DNA from: an uncultured Sulfolobales archaeon
Lineage (GTDB): Archaea; Thermoproteota; Thermoprotei_A; Sulfolobales; NBVN01
Assembly: GCA_938017505.1 (NCBI GenBank)
Contig: CALIKV010000031.1
Coordinates: 2,511 to 66,510, forward strand
DNA: 64,000 nt
Direction of reading: 5' to 3'
The notes beneath the pieces are model-generated. The model did no database searches, was not told the DNA's origin, and saw only the letters and a list, made by a program, of their open reading frames with translations. The first letter of the stretch is position 1; the number at the start of each line of letters is the position of its first letter. Shown piece by piece: positions 37,012-46,682 of this stretch. The position numbers and the translations under genes were made by a program.

Positions 37012-39207
37012 GTGCCTGAATTGAGCGATGAGTCGAGTAAGGTCTTAGCCGAGCTGTTATGGACGGAGAAGTATCGGCCGAAGACTCTTGACGAGGTAGT
37101 GAATCAGGGCGAGATCGTCCTGAGGCTCAGGCAGTTCATAAAGGAGAGGAACACACCTCACCTACTATTCGCGGGCCCTCCAGGGACGGGCAAGACTACA
37201 GTGGCACACGCGTTTGCCCACGACCTCTACGGAAGCGACTACAGGCCGTACTTCCTTGAACTCAACGCATCTGTGTCTAAGGATAGCCCGGTGCTCGTTA
37301 GGGTGAACGAGAAAGTTATGAGGATCACCTTCGGGGACCTGGACAACATGTTTTTCAGCGACCCAGCTCAGGAGTACGTGAAGGTTGATGGCCTTGAAGT
37401 TCTGACTCAGGCAGGCGGCAGGGTAGTGTGGGGTAAGGTGAAGTACTTAATACGGCATAGAACCTCTAAGATACTGAGGGTTAAAGTCGAAGGCGGTGAG
37501 GTGAAACTCACAGGCAATCACTCGGTAATGATGCTGGACTGTGAAGGGAGGCTCGTAACTAAACACGCTAGCGAGCTAAAACCCGGGGACTACCTCATCT
37601 CCTTCATCGCTAATCCGAGGAGCCGTGGAGAGTCCGTTAACGCCCGCTGTGCTGGGGCCTCACAGTCCTTGAGAGTAAACAGCGAGGAGGGAGGCGCCCT
37701 CAGGCTGCTTGCTGTCGAGGAACGTGAAGGACTGGAGGGAGGGGGGGCTTATCAAGCCATTTGGACCCTGAGCTATCCTCGAGAGAGAGTTTTAACAGGC
37801 AAAGCGATAGAGATATCCGCGTCCGCGGGCTTACCGTACTACGCGGGCCTAGGGGTGATCGATGAGGGATTACCTGACTTCATCTGCGAATTAAGATATC
37901 GCCTGGGGGAGGCGTTCCTAAAGGGGATGCGAGACCGGGGTGGAAGTGGTTTGCGAGGTGGTGCAGTAAGGATCTCCCCCGTCTCCGACACCCTGCTTGC
38001 AGACATGGCCTGGCTTGGCAGGCTAGCTGGAATTGAAACTTCAGTACGTGAGGGGGAGGTTGGGCTCGTATGGAAGGGTTCGACGAAGCACGGGAGGTCT
38101 GGTCTTCTACCGATAGGGCCTTTCACCAAGTTTCTTGAGAGGGTGGACAACAAGATCCGGACTGACTGGAGGTATCTGCTGGAACACGCTTCATACGGGG
38201 GTGAAGGACGAGCTCCTAAGGACGTGTTAGTGGAGATCCTGGAGTCCGTAGACAGGAAGCTGTTAAACCCTAAGGAGAGGCTCGTATACGACACGCTCTA
38301 TAAACTTGCGACGTCAGACCTACACGTCGTTAGGATTAAGGGTGTTGAAGTCCTAGACTACGACGATTACGTGTACGACGTATCCGTGCCTGGCAACGAA
38401 ACGTTCTTCGCTGGAGCCATACCAATACTCTTACACAACTCTGATGAGAGAGGCATCGAGGTCATCAGGACTAAGGTCAAGGAGTTCGCTAGGAGTAGGA
38501 TGCCAGGCAACGTGCCCTTTAAACTAATACTCTTAGACGAGTCGGATAATATGACGAGCGATGCTCAGCAGGCGTTGAGGAGGCTTATGGAGATGTACGT
38601 GGCCGTCACGAGGTTTATCCTAGTCGCTAACTACCCGAGCAAGATCATCGAGCCTATTCAATCCAGGTGCGCCGTCTTCAGATTCGTCCCCTTAAGTAGG
38701 GAGGACGTTGTTGAGAGGCTCGCGTGGATATGTGGTAAGGAGGGCGTGAAGTTTTCTCAGGACGCGCTGAACTCCATATACGAGTTAAGCGAGGGTGACA
38801 TGAGGAAAGCCATAAACATACTTCAAACCACAGCGGCTCTGGGCGGGGTTACCGTATCTAACGTGTATAGGGTCGTCGGCCTAGCTCACCCGAAGGAGGT
38901 GAGGGAGATGATCGGGGCTGCCTTAAGCGGCGACTTCATCAGGGCTAGGGGGATCTTGAGGAATTTAATGGTTACCTACGGTCTCTCGGGCATTGACGTG
39001 TTGAAGCAGATGCACAGGGAGATCACGTCCTCCGAGGTCGAGTTGCCTGAAGAAGTGAAAGTCGAGCTAGCTGATTACATAGGGGAGATCCAATTCCGGC
39101 TGGTTGAAGGCGCTGACGAGGAGATCCAGCTTGACGCTTTACTGGCCAGGCTCACTGCCGTAGGGAAGAAGGTGTTGGGGGTAGCTCCTAAACGTGTCAG
39201 CAAGTAG
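37012..39207 (+). CDS. rfcS: Replication factor C small subunit, intein-containing
   Basis: WTEKYRP, GPPGTGKTT, ELNA/SDERG split by the intein, LDESD, IQSRC. Confidence 0.97.
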   Translation: MPELSDESSKVLAELLWTEKYRPKTLDEVVNQGEIVLRLRQFIKERNTPHLLFAGPPGTGKTTVAHAFAHDLYGSDYRPYFLELNASVSKDSPVLVRVNEKVMRITFGDLDNMFFSDPAQEYVKVDGLEVLTQAGGRVVWGKVKYLIRHRTSKILRVKVEGGEVKLTGNHSVMMLDCEGRLVTKHASELKPGDYLISFIANPRSRGESVNARCAGASQSLRVNSEEGGALRLLAVEEREGLEGGGAYQAIWTLSYPRERVLTGKAIEISASAGLPYYAGLGVIDEGLPDFICELRYRLGEAFLKGMRDRGGSGLRGGAVRISPVSDTLLADMAWLGRLAGIETSVREGEVGLVWKGSTKHGRSGLLPIGPFTKFLERVDNKIRTDWRYLLEHASYGGEGRAPKDVLVEILESVDRKLLNPKERLVYDTLYKLATSDLHVVRIKGVEVLDYDDYVYDVSVPGNETFFAGAIPILLHNSDERGIEVIRTKVKEFARSRMPGNVPFKLILLDESDNMTSDAQQALRRLMEMYVAVTRFILVANYPSKIIEPIQSRCAVFRFVPLSREDVVERLAWICGKEGVKFSQDALNSIYELSEGDMRKAINILQTTAALGGVTVSNVYRVVGLAHPKEVREMIGAALSGDFIRARGILRNLMVTYGLSGIDVLKQMHREITSSEVELPEEVKVELADYIGEIQFRLVEGADEEIQLDALLARLTAVGKKVLGVAPKRVSK
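37270..38439 (+). mobile_element. Intein (390 aa) with degenerate LAGLIDADG region
   Basis: Begins SVSKDSPVLV, block B LTGNHSV, block F/G VYDVSV..LLHN, +1 residue Ser; removal leaves a 341-aa RFC-S. Confidence 0.95.
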
Positions 39208-40534
39208 AGTTCCCTGGGTTATTAAGTACAGACCTAGGAGGCTCAGCGACTTCATCGATCAGGAGGAAGCCAAGGAATCAATAAGCAAATGGCTCAGCGA
39301 CTGGCTCTCAGGAAAGCCTGTGAGGAAGGCGGCGCTCTTTTACGGCCCGCCTGGTTCGGGGAAGACCTCCATAGTCGAGGCCATCTGCAAGGACTACGGG
39401 TTTCAACTGATCGAGATGAACGCAAGTGATTACAGAAGGGCCCAGGATATTGAGAGGGTAGCTAAGTTAGCCAGCGTGCAGAGAGGTCTCTTCGCCGGGA
39501 GGAGGCTGATACTCCTGGACGAGATCGACGGACTCACGGTTACTGGCGCGGCTGACGCGGGGGCGATCGAAGCAATCATCAACTTGATAGAGATCACTAA
39601 GAATCCGGTGGTCATGACTGCTAACAATCCCTGGGACCTGAGGTTAAGGCCTTTAAGAGATGTATCGCTTCCCATCGAGTTCAGGAGGTTAAGGAAAACG
39701 GATGTTGCCCGAGTTCTTGAGAGGATATGTACAGCTGAGAAACTGGCTTGCGAAGAGAACGCCCTCAAGTTCATAGCCGAGAGGTCTGAGGGGGACTTAA
39801 GATCGGCTATAAACGATCTGGAGGCCATTGCCGAGGGTGCAGGGAGAGTCACGGAGGAGCTGGCTAGGCAAATACTAAGGGTTAGGGATAGGGCACTGGA
39901 TCCTTTTGAAGTCGTCCGGAAGATCTTCATGTCTAACTACATTTGGCAGGCTAGACTCAACGCAACGCAGACTGACCTAGACCCCGATACGCTCATGGAG
40001 TGGATAAACGAGAACCTGCCAAGACAGTTCACCGACCCCGAGGATCTGTGGAGGGCTTACGAGGCATTGGCTAGGGCCGACGTCTACAGGGGGCGGATAA
40101 TACGGACTAACTCATGGGACCTCCTCACGTACGCCACAGAGTTGATGACCGCCGGAGTTGCGCTATCGCCGAGGAACGATGTTAAGTCTAAGTACAGGTG
40201 GGTTAAGTATCAATTCCCTGAGAGGATAAAGATGATGTCGCAGAGCAAGGAGGCTAGAGCGCTGAGGGACAGCATAGCGGAGATAATAAAAACACACACC
40301 CACACATCTAAAGCGAAGATACTGAAGGACGTGCTGCCTTACATTAAGGTGATATTTGAGAACAACATGGAGTTAGCCGCGGAGCTGGCTATATCGCTGA
40401 ATCTCACGGACTCCATGATTAAGTATCTCTCACAGGACAAGGCTGACAAAGTGATCGCCAGGGTGAGAGAACTGAGGAGAGAGCTTAGAGCCGGAGCCAC
40501 GAAGCCCAGGACGCGTAAGGGCACTAACGCTTAA
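39194..40534 (+). CDS. rfcL: Replication factor C large subunit
   Basis: PWVIKYRP, GPPGSGKT, EMNASD, LDEIDG, GDLRSAINDL. Confidence 0.95.
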   Translation: MSASRVPWVIKYRPRRLSDFIDQEEAKESISKWLSDWLSGKPVRKAALFYGPPGSGKTSIVEAICKDYGFQLIEMNASDYRRAQDIERVAKLASVQRGLFAGRRLILLDEIDGLTVTGAADAGAIEAIINLIEITKNPVVMTANNPWDLRLRPLRDVSLPIEFRRLRKTDVARVLERICTAEKLACEENALKFIAERSEGDLRSAINDLEAIAEGAGRVTEELARQILRVRDRALDPFEVVRKIFMSNYIWQARLNATQTDLDPDTLMEWINENLPRQFTDPEDLWRAYEALARADVYRGRIIRTNSWDLLTYATELMTAGVALSPRNDVKSKYRWVKYQFPERIKMMSQSKEARALRDSIAEIIKTHTHTSKAKILKDVLPYIKVIFENNMELAAELAISLNLTDSMIKYLSQDKADKVIARVRELRRELRAGATKPRTRKGTNA

Positions 40535-40823
40535 AGCGAGACGCCTAAAGGTCCTCGAGAGAGGAGTGGGTGCTGAGAGCATAGTCTCAGTCGCTGAATC
40601 CATTGACGCAGGCCATCATGAGGAATAACGCTAGTCCCTTCCCAACATGGAAGGATTCTGAGCTAGGTGCGGATTCATATTGCCCTATACCCGGCCCTTA
40701 CCTACAAGCGGGTTCATCGAGCTTAACTCTTTCAGGGAACCCGTGACTCATTTACACCTCGCATTTAAGTCTTTCGTCAGCAGTTTCAGGGTAAACAGCG
40801 AAGCATCGGAGGAGCCCTCGGAC

Positions 40824-40955
40824 ATGGGATTGTGGAAGCGCCCCGAATGCGGGATGGTTAACGCCTCGAAAGAGCCTCCACGAGCCCACCCTTCAGGTGG
40901 ATGGACTTACTCCAGCTGTGAAGGGGTGGGGAGGGGTCGACCTGACGGGGGTTGA
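40824..40955 (+). pseudogene. Possible decayed rubredoxin-like gene
   Basis: MGLWKRPECG...EPP..HPSGG resembles WKCxxCG...PP..CPxCG with three of four Cys lost. Confidence 0.4.
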
Positions 40956-41050
40956 TGAGGACCCCGATGAACCCGAGAGGTGGATTAAGCCTCATGAGCT
41001 CCAGGGCAAAGTGATTGATACCATCCATCAACCACTATGAAGCCTGAACC
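40942..41050 (+). mobile_element. IS200/IS605 tnpB 3'-end/omega-RNA-like element (copy C, diverged)
   Basis: CTGACGGGGG shared with copy B; GTTGATGAGGACCCCGATGAACCCGAGAGG aligns with copy A; hairpin AGTGATTGAT/ATCAACCACT then TGAAC. Confidence 0.6.
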
Positions 41051-41053
41051 TCG

Positions 41054-42340
41054 CTAGACTGAATATAGGAATGGAATGTAAACGAAGACGTTCACGACCG
41101 TCACTATGCTCCCCACTTTGATGAAATCCACAAAGGTCACCGTGACGTTGTACCTACTCTCTAACGCCTCCAACACTATTATATTGGATGCAGCTCCGAG
41201 AAGGGTGAGGTTGCCGGCTACCGTTGAAGTCGCGGCCAAGGTTAGCCAAGCCGAGATATTGTCGCTAGCGAGGTCCAGACTTCTCAAATAGTTGAGATAC
41301 AGCCCTACAAACGGAACGTTGCTTATCAATTGACTAACGATAATGGATGTTAAAGTCATGCTGAGGATAGTCGAGAGCTTATTGCTAGTATCCGATAAAA
41401 AGAGCTGGAACATAGGCTCTACGATGCCGCTCTCCCATATCCCAGCCATAGTTATGAACATCGTTATGAAGAAAACTATGGTACCCCAGTCTATGCTTGA
41501 AAGAAGCTTCCTGGGGTTAGACGCTAGAGGGTAAATGCCGGCCGAGATCACGAAGGGGATGAAACCCCTCTCACTTACGTGGGGGTAGCCGTAGAGCTCT
41601 AACACATCGTTTATAATTAAAGCGGCAATCGTTAGCGCTAAGCCTATCGTCCCTAACATGGCGTCCCTCTTATTCCTTATCTTCTCGTGCGGAATAAGGC
41701 CTACGTTTAATTCAGCATCGGTGATCCTGTAATACCTCTTCACGATCAGCGCCGTTAAGAACAGGTTTATCATAGTCGGGATGAATAGCTTAGTTATGAA
41801 GTGTACGAATGGGGCAGGCATCCCTGAATCAATTGCTATTAAAACGTTCTGGGGGTTTCCTATAGGGGTCATTACGGAGCCTATGGTTAGTGAGAACATC
41901 AGCAGGATCGCCATGGCTTTAGGATCTATCCCAGCAACCTTACCTATTAGAAGGGCTATTGGCGGTCCTATTAACGCTACCGTATCGTTAACTGCGACGG
42001 CAGCGAGCAAGCCGAAGAGGTAAGTGGAGGCGATGAGCACCTTCACCCTGCTCTTAAATTTCCCAACGAACCAGTAGGATATTGCCTCCAATAGCCCGGA
42101 AGCCTCCATCAAGCCTGCGATGCTAAACATTCCTATGAGGAACAAAATTACATTCATGTCGATGACCTCCTTTAGCTCATCTATACTGATGAGCCCGCTT
42201 ACGATGACGATAAAAGAGGAAAACGCCATTAGACTCCACACAGGTATTGACGTCCTCCTGCTCCTCAATATAAGGGCTATCACGAGATACATTATGACGA
42301 ATGAACCGGTAACTGACCGGTAATCCATCAACCTAATCAC
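41054..42340 (-). CDS. ArsB/NhaD/SLC13-family anion permease
   Basis: NDTVA, IGSVMTPIGNPQN, ISNVP, AGNLTLLGAASNII. Confidence 0.88.
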   Translation of the reverse strand: MIRLMDYRSVTGSFVIMYLVIALILRSRRTSIPVWSLMAFSSFIVIVSGLISIDELKEVIDMNVILFLIGMFSIAGLMEASGLLEAISYWFVGKFKSRVKVLIASTYLFGLLAAVAVNDTVALIGPPIALLIGKVAGIDPKAMAILLMFSLTIGSVMTPIGNPQNVLIAIDSGMPAPFVHFITKLFIPTMINLFLTALIVKRYYRITDAELNVGLIPHEKIRNKRDAMLGTIGLALTIAALIINDVLELYGYPHVSERGFIPFVISAGIYPLASNPRKLLSSIDWGTIVFFITMFITMAGIWESGIVEPMFQLFLSDTSNKLSTILSMTLTSIIVSQLISNVPFVGLYLNYLRSLDLASDNISAWLTLAATSTVAGNLTLLGAASNIIVLEALESRYNVTVTFVDFIKVGSIVTVVNVFVYIPFLYSV

Positions 42341-42753
42341 CGCACGTACGTTGCTGGCTTCAAGTCACTCCAGCTGAATCGAACTAAATGGGCATCGTCT
42401 AAAAGGACAGGGCTCAAATCCCCGGTGTTTGGAGCGCTGGTGTTTCCTCTTCTCCTAGACGACCCCCTATACGATTTAAACATCGCTAGGGCGTGAGTCG
42501 TAACTGTGTGAATGTGGTGTGAGAGATGTCGACCGTATCTAGCTCTAAGCCCTTTGTAGGCTGCCTCGTATAACTTCTTCCTAGAGGTTGCCTTCGATGC
42601 AATGGCTTCGTTCAGACGTTCTTTAAACGTGTTCGTACAAACTTTGAAGAGCTCTTCCAGCATTGCTCCCTGCTCCCCATCGGGCTTAAGCTTAGACCTA
42701 TGGGTCGTAGTCAACAGCGGCTTTCCCATCATTCCAGCCACTATATGAAACAT
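42337..42753 (-). pseudogene. tnpB: N-terminal fragment of IS200/IS605 TnpB
   Basis: TSRKKLYEAAYKGLRARY..LSHHIHT...ALAMFKSYR...P...VLLDD; no RuvC or zinc finger follows. Confidence 0.7.
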
Positions 42754-42799
42754 AGTAAGAAGAGGTATATGAAGTCAACCATTTGAAAACGGCGGTCAA

Positions 42800-42837
42800 A
42801 CCCGACGTAGTCGTGGGGACCCCCTTCATCCACGACT
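42800..42837. repeat. Subterminal-type inverted repeat upstream of the tnpB fragment
   Basis: AGTCGTGG (42809-42816) / CCACGACT (42830-42837), 8-bp stem. Confidence 0.5.
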
Positions 42838-43005
42838 TCTTTGGACTCAGGGGCATGTTGGTTCCCTCACGCGAAGACGCGCGAATCCCCCTGATCCGTG
42901 CTTAAAGAGCATTGAAATCATTCTACTAAAGAACATTTTTGTATGGTAAGACTTCCAATCGTGACTTATAATAGTTGGGTTCTGTAGTATTTTGAGGGCT
43001 ACGGC

Positions 43006-43581
43006 TTGAGGTTGGATGAGCTTAGTAAGTTGAGGTTGGTCCCTGGTGAGGAGGTATGCGTGTTGGAGGAGTTCCTGCCGGGTAACGGAACCTACGAGCA
43101 TGAAGGCATTGTCAGGTCCACTGTTGTAGGACGTCCTCTCATCGACCTTGACTTAAGGGTCGTTGAGGTTAGACCGGCTAGTGACCGGGTATACATGCCG
43201 GCCGTGGGGTCTGTTGTTTACGGGATCGTCTCACTCGTTAAGGACGAGTACGCGTTAACTAGGATATACTGTGACGCTAAATGCAGAAAGTACCTCACCA
43301 CCTTCACAGGGATCCTCTACGTATCGCAGATCTCAGACACGTACGTGAAGAGCGTTTATGAGTTGGTGAGGCCTGGCGACGTCGTTAAAGCTAAGGTCCT
43401 CTCAGATACCCCACCCTACCGCCTGACGCTTAAGGAACGCCAGCTAGGCGTAGTGCTTGCTTACTGTAGTTCATGCGGCGCTAGACTCATTAAACACGGC
43501 AACGCCCTAAGTTGCCCGGCATGTAAGTCGTCTGAAAACAGGAAGACATCCCCCGAATACAGCAACATCAAATGTGTTTAG
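43006..43581 (+). CDS. csl4: Exosome complex RNA-binding protein Csl4
   Basis: EEFLPGNGTY, S1 domain RPGDVVKAKV, LGVVLAYCxxC...CxxC..E.RK. Confidence 0.93.
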   Translation: MRLDELSKLRLVPGEEVCVLEEFLPGNGTYEHEGIVRSTVVGRPLIDLDLRVVEVRPASDRVYMPAVGSVVYGIVSLVKDEYALTRIYCDAKCRKYLTTFTGILYVSQISDTYVKSVYELVRPGDVVKAKVLSDTPPYRLTLKERQLGVVLAYCSSCGARLIKHGNALSCPACKSSENRKTSPEYSNIKCV

Positions 43582-43683
43582 AGGCTCTAGGTTAAGGCCC
43601 TCAACAGGGTTAAGCATTTTGTTGTAGATATAAGGTTAGGTACGGATTATTAGGCTTAGAGGACTGGTAGAGGTGATGAGGGG

Positions 43684-43968
43684 GTGAACGTCAAGGTACG
43701 TAAGTACACAGAGAGGGAGTTAGTCCTAGCCATAGAGGGCGAGGACCACACTCTAGCTAACCTGCTTGCTAAGTATGCCCTAAGCAATCCGCATACAAAG
43801 CTGGCTACGTACGTCGTCGAGCATCCGTTAATCGGGACGCCTGTCTTGAGGGTAGTCACCGACGGTACAGACCCGATCCAGGTGCTTAAGGAGGTAATCA
43901 CTAATACGAGAGGGGAGGCAGAGCAGGTGCTCAAGCTAATCAGCGACGTGCTGAAGGTTAATAAGTAG
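43684..43968 (+). CDS. rpoL: RNA polymerase subunit Rpo11 (L)
   Basis: GEDHTLANL, Y.VEHPL. Confidence 0.95.
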   Translation: MNVKVRKYTERELVLAIEGEDHTLANLLAKYALSNPHTKLATYVVEHPLIGTPVLRVVTDGTDPIQVLKEVITNTRGEAEQVLKLISDVLKVNK

Positions 43969-44025
43969 ATTCATCCTGTTGAGAGGTGCTTAAGTGAGTG
44001 AACAGATGTTCCTAGGTGCCTCTTT

Positions 44026-44313
44026 TTGAAGAGAGAGAGCAGGATCATGGTTTTCGAGTTAATTAAATGCCCTGAGGGCGGTGAGTACGTAGCCTACGTC
44101 ATTTTCAGGGGGGCGTTATCAGTGGAACACGTGGGTTTGATCAACGGGGGTCAGGATGAGCTGGAGAGGTTCCTCGTGGAGTCGAGCCTAGGTAAGGAGG
44201 TGAGACTTAAAACGCGTTTCAGCGGGCTCGCCGGCATAGCTGCGCAGGGGTTGCTGGATTACGCGGACTTCGTAAAGCGTTTTTTCGACGAGGTATATAA
44301 GTTGCTGTGCTAG
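44026..44313 (+). CDS. Hypothetical protein
   Basis: 95-aa ORF overlapping the tfs start. Confidence 0.55.
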   Translation: MKRESRIMVFELIKCPEGGEYVAYVIFRGALSVEHVGLINGGQDELERFLVESSLGKEVRLKTRFSGLAGIAAQGLLDYADFVKRFFDEVYKLLC

Positions 44314-44684
44314 ATAATCCTAGTAGCAGAGGTGATTTACCGACGTACTTCTGCCCTAAGTGTGGGTCCATGATGATGGCTAAGAAGGAGAGGGGTAAGA
44401 CGGTCCTGGTCTGCCCCAAGTGCGGCTACCGGGAGGACGCGCCGAAGAGCAAGAGCCCTCCGACACTCTCTAAGAGGATAACACATAGTGAGAAGGAGAG
44501 GCTCTACGTGGTATCTCCCGAGGACTCCCTTAAGACCCTGCCTAAGATTAAGGGTGTAAAGTGTCCTAGATGCGGCAACGACGAAGCTTACTATACAGTC
44601 CTTCAGACCAGGAGGGCTGACGAACCCCCTACGAGGTTCTATAAATGTACTAAATGTGGGTATACGTGGAGGGAGTACGAGTAG
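44307..44684 (+). CDS. tfs: Transcription factor S
   Basis: Two zinc ribbons; QTRRADEP with the catalytic DE intact. Confidence 0.95.
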   Translation: MLDNPSSRGDLPTYFCPKCGSMMMAKKERGKTVLVCPKCGYREDAPKSKSPPTLSKRITHSEKERLYVVSPEDSLKTLPKIKGVKCPRCGNDEAYYTVLQTRRADEPPTRFYKCTKCGYTWREYE

Positions 44685-44751
44685 TTAAGACCTACACTCC
44701 AGGACCAACCCTTCAGCACGTCATGTAAGTCCCTCCACAGGTATTTCTGCG

Positions 44752-45420
44752 GTGATGTACATGCCACACGTCTCGAGGAAGAAGCTGGAGATGATGATAT
44801 CCGGTATACCTGGCTTTAAAGCGCCTAAGGAGCGGCTTGAGCAGTACGTCACTCCGGCCGACATCGCTGCGGAGATGGTGTGGGATGCCTTCATGTTCGG
44901 CGACGTAGAGGGGAGGGTCGTGCATGACTTAGGATGTGGGACTGGGAGGCTAGCTCTAGCTGCATCCACGCTTAACGCGAGATACGTCGTGTGTAGCGAT
45001 ATTGATCCAGAAGCCCTTGAGATAGCTGAGGAGGTTCTTAAGGCGATGTCACCAGCCCCGTACGATGTCGTTCTCACCGATCTAAGGGAGGCCCCGCCCT
45101 TCAGAGCTTGTGACTGTGTCGTCATCATGAACCCGCCGTTCGGGGTTAAGTCAAGAGGCGCTGACATGGACTTCCTTAAGACGTCGTTAAGCGTGTGTAA
45201 TACTGTTTACTCAATACATAAGTTTAGCGAGGGTATTCACGAGACCCTCAGAAAACTCTCTGAGGCGGAGGGCTTTAATTACGAGACCCTTAAGGAATTC
45301 CGATTCCCCCTGAGAGCCTCCCTAGCCAAGCATCGGAGGAAGGTGTTACGGGTTGACGCCCTGTTAATCAGGGCGTCGAAGAGCAACGTATTTAAGAGTT
45401 CTGAAAGGAGTTATTCTTGA
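44752..45420 (+). CDS. METTL5-like SAM-dependent RNA methyltransferase
   Basis: LEQYVTP, DLGCGTG, NPPFG, D..FL, YSIH. Confidence 0.9.
   Translation: MMYMPHVSRKKLEMMISGIPGFKAPKERLEQYVTPADIAAEMVWDAFMFGDVEGRVVHDLGCGTGRLALAASTLNARYVVCSDIDPEALEIAEEVLKAMSPAPYDVVLTDLREAPPFRACDCVVIMNPPFGVKSRGADMDFLKTSLSVCNTVYSIHKFSEGIHETLRKLSEAEGFNYETLKEFRFPLRASLAKHRRKVLRVDALLIRASKSNVFKSSERSYS
45391..45396 (+). promoter_or_regulatory. Putative TATA box for the C/D sRNA
   Basis: TTTAAG starting 27 nt upstream of the predicted sRNA 5' end, inside the methyltransferase 3' end. Confidence 0.45.
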
Positions 45421-45475
45421 ATGATGTGTTTGCCGAGTACTGAGGCTGTGATGTAGGGACGAAGACACTGATTCA
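45418..45475 (+). ncRNA. C/D-box 2'-O-methylation guide sRNA
   Basis: C ATGATGT (45421), 12-nt guide, D' CTGA (45440), C' GTGATGT (45448), 13-nt guide, D CTGA (45468), terminal stem TGAA/TTCA. Confidence 0.85.
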
Positions 45476-45645
45476 GAGACCTCTCACGTTGATTGCTCTT
45501 AACCGTGAAGAACTGGGGCTTCTTCCCATGGGACGCTTTAAACCTCACCTGGCTAAAACGGCTTTATCGCCTCGAGGCGTTTCTGAAAAGTATTTAAGCA
45601 TTGTTCGCCAGATCATTTAGGATCACAGTAGGTCAGGTGAAGTTA

Positions 45646-46665
45646 ATGGCTAGGAGGAAGTGGAGTGCCCCTCGCAGAGGGTCTTTAGGCGTTAGGCCTA
45701 GGAAGAGGGCTGCCGAGTTCGTCCCCTCTGTGAGGAGCTGGCCTGAGGTAGAGTTCGACGCTCCTAAGCCGCTGGCTTTCTTAGGCTATAAGGTTGGCAT
45801 GACGCACTTGATGATGATAGACGATCGCGAGGGAAGACCTACGCACGGTCAGGAGATCTTCGTCCCCGTGACCGTTGTTGAAACGCCTCCTATGATCCCG
45901 CTGGCCGCCAGATTCTACGAGGCTACAGTAAATGGTTTAAGAACGCTGACAGAGGTCTGGACTACGCCCCCAGAGCCCCTAGAGATTCACAGGAGAATTA
46001 AGACGCTTTCAGTCTCGACTGACGCCCTCGAGAAAGCTGTCACAAGGCTTGAGGAGTTGAAGGGGAGAATCGCTAGAGTGTCTCTAATCATGTCCACTCA
46101 ACCGAGGCTTGCTGGCGGATTAAGTAAGAAGGCCCCTGACGTGGTCGAAGTTAGGCTGGGTGGGGGTAACTTAGAGGCGCAGACGAGCTACGCGCTTGAG
46201 TCACTTGGTAAGCCTCTGAGGGTAATGGATATATTCAGCGTAGGGCAGTTTGTAGACGTCATAGGAGTGACTAAGGGTAAGGGATTCCAGGGGGTGGTCA
46301 AGAGGTTCGGGGTCAGGGAGCTTCCAAGATGGCACAAGCACAGGAAGGGCTACAGGAGGATAGGCGCGAGGAGCCCGGCATTCGGCTCGATAAGCCCGGT
46401 ACCTCAGCCTGGTCAGACAGGTTTCCACAGGAGGACTGAGTACAACAAAAGGATATTAATGATCGGTGAGGATGGCGGTAAGGTAACGCCGGTCAGCGGG
46501 TTCCCGCACTACGGTCTTGTTAAGACGGACTACGTGGTCATTGCAGGCACTCTTCAGGGAACCCCTAAGAGACCGCTGATCCTCAGATGGCCTGTGAGAC
46601 CGCCTAAGTGGGCTCCTTCAAGAGCTCCGAAGGTGGTCTATATAAGTCTTGACAGCAAGATTTAG
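45646..46665 (+). CDS. rpl3: 50S ribosomal protein L3
   Basis: PRRGSLGVRPRKRA, GYKVGMTH, TKGKGFQGVVKRFG; ATG at 45646 follows GGTGA. Confidence 0.97.
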   Translation: MARRKWSAPRRGSLGVRPRKRAAEFVPSVRSWPEVEFDAPKPLAFLGYKVGMTHLMMIDDREGRPTHGQEIFVPVTVVETPPMIPLAARFYEATVNGLRTLTEVWTTPPEPLEIHRRIKTLSVSTDALEKAVTRLEELKGRIARVSLIMSTQPRLAGGLSKKAPDVVEVRLGGGNLEAQTSYALESLGKPLRVMDIFSVGQFVDVIGVTKGKGFQGVVKRFGVRELPRWHKHRKGYRRIGARSPAFGSISPVPQPGQTGFHRRTEYNKRILMIGEDGGKVTPVSGFPHYGLVKTDYVVIAGTLQGTPKRPLILRWPVRPPKWAPSRAPKVVYISLDSKI

Positions 46666-46682
46666 GGGCTGGGTGTTAGGCG

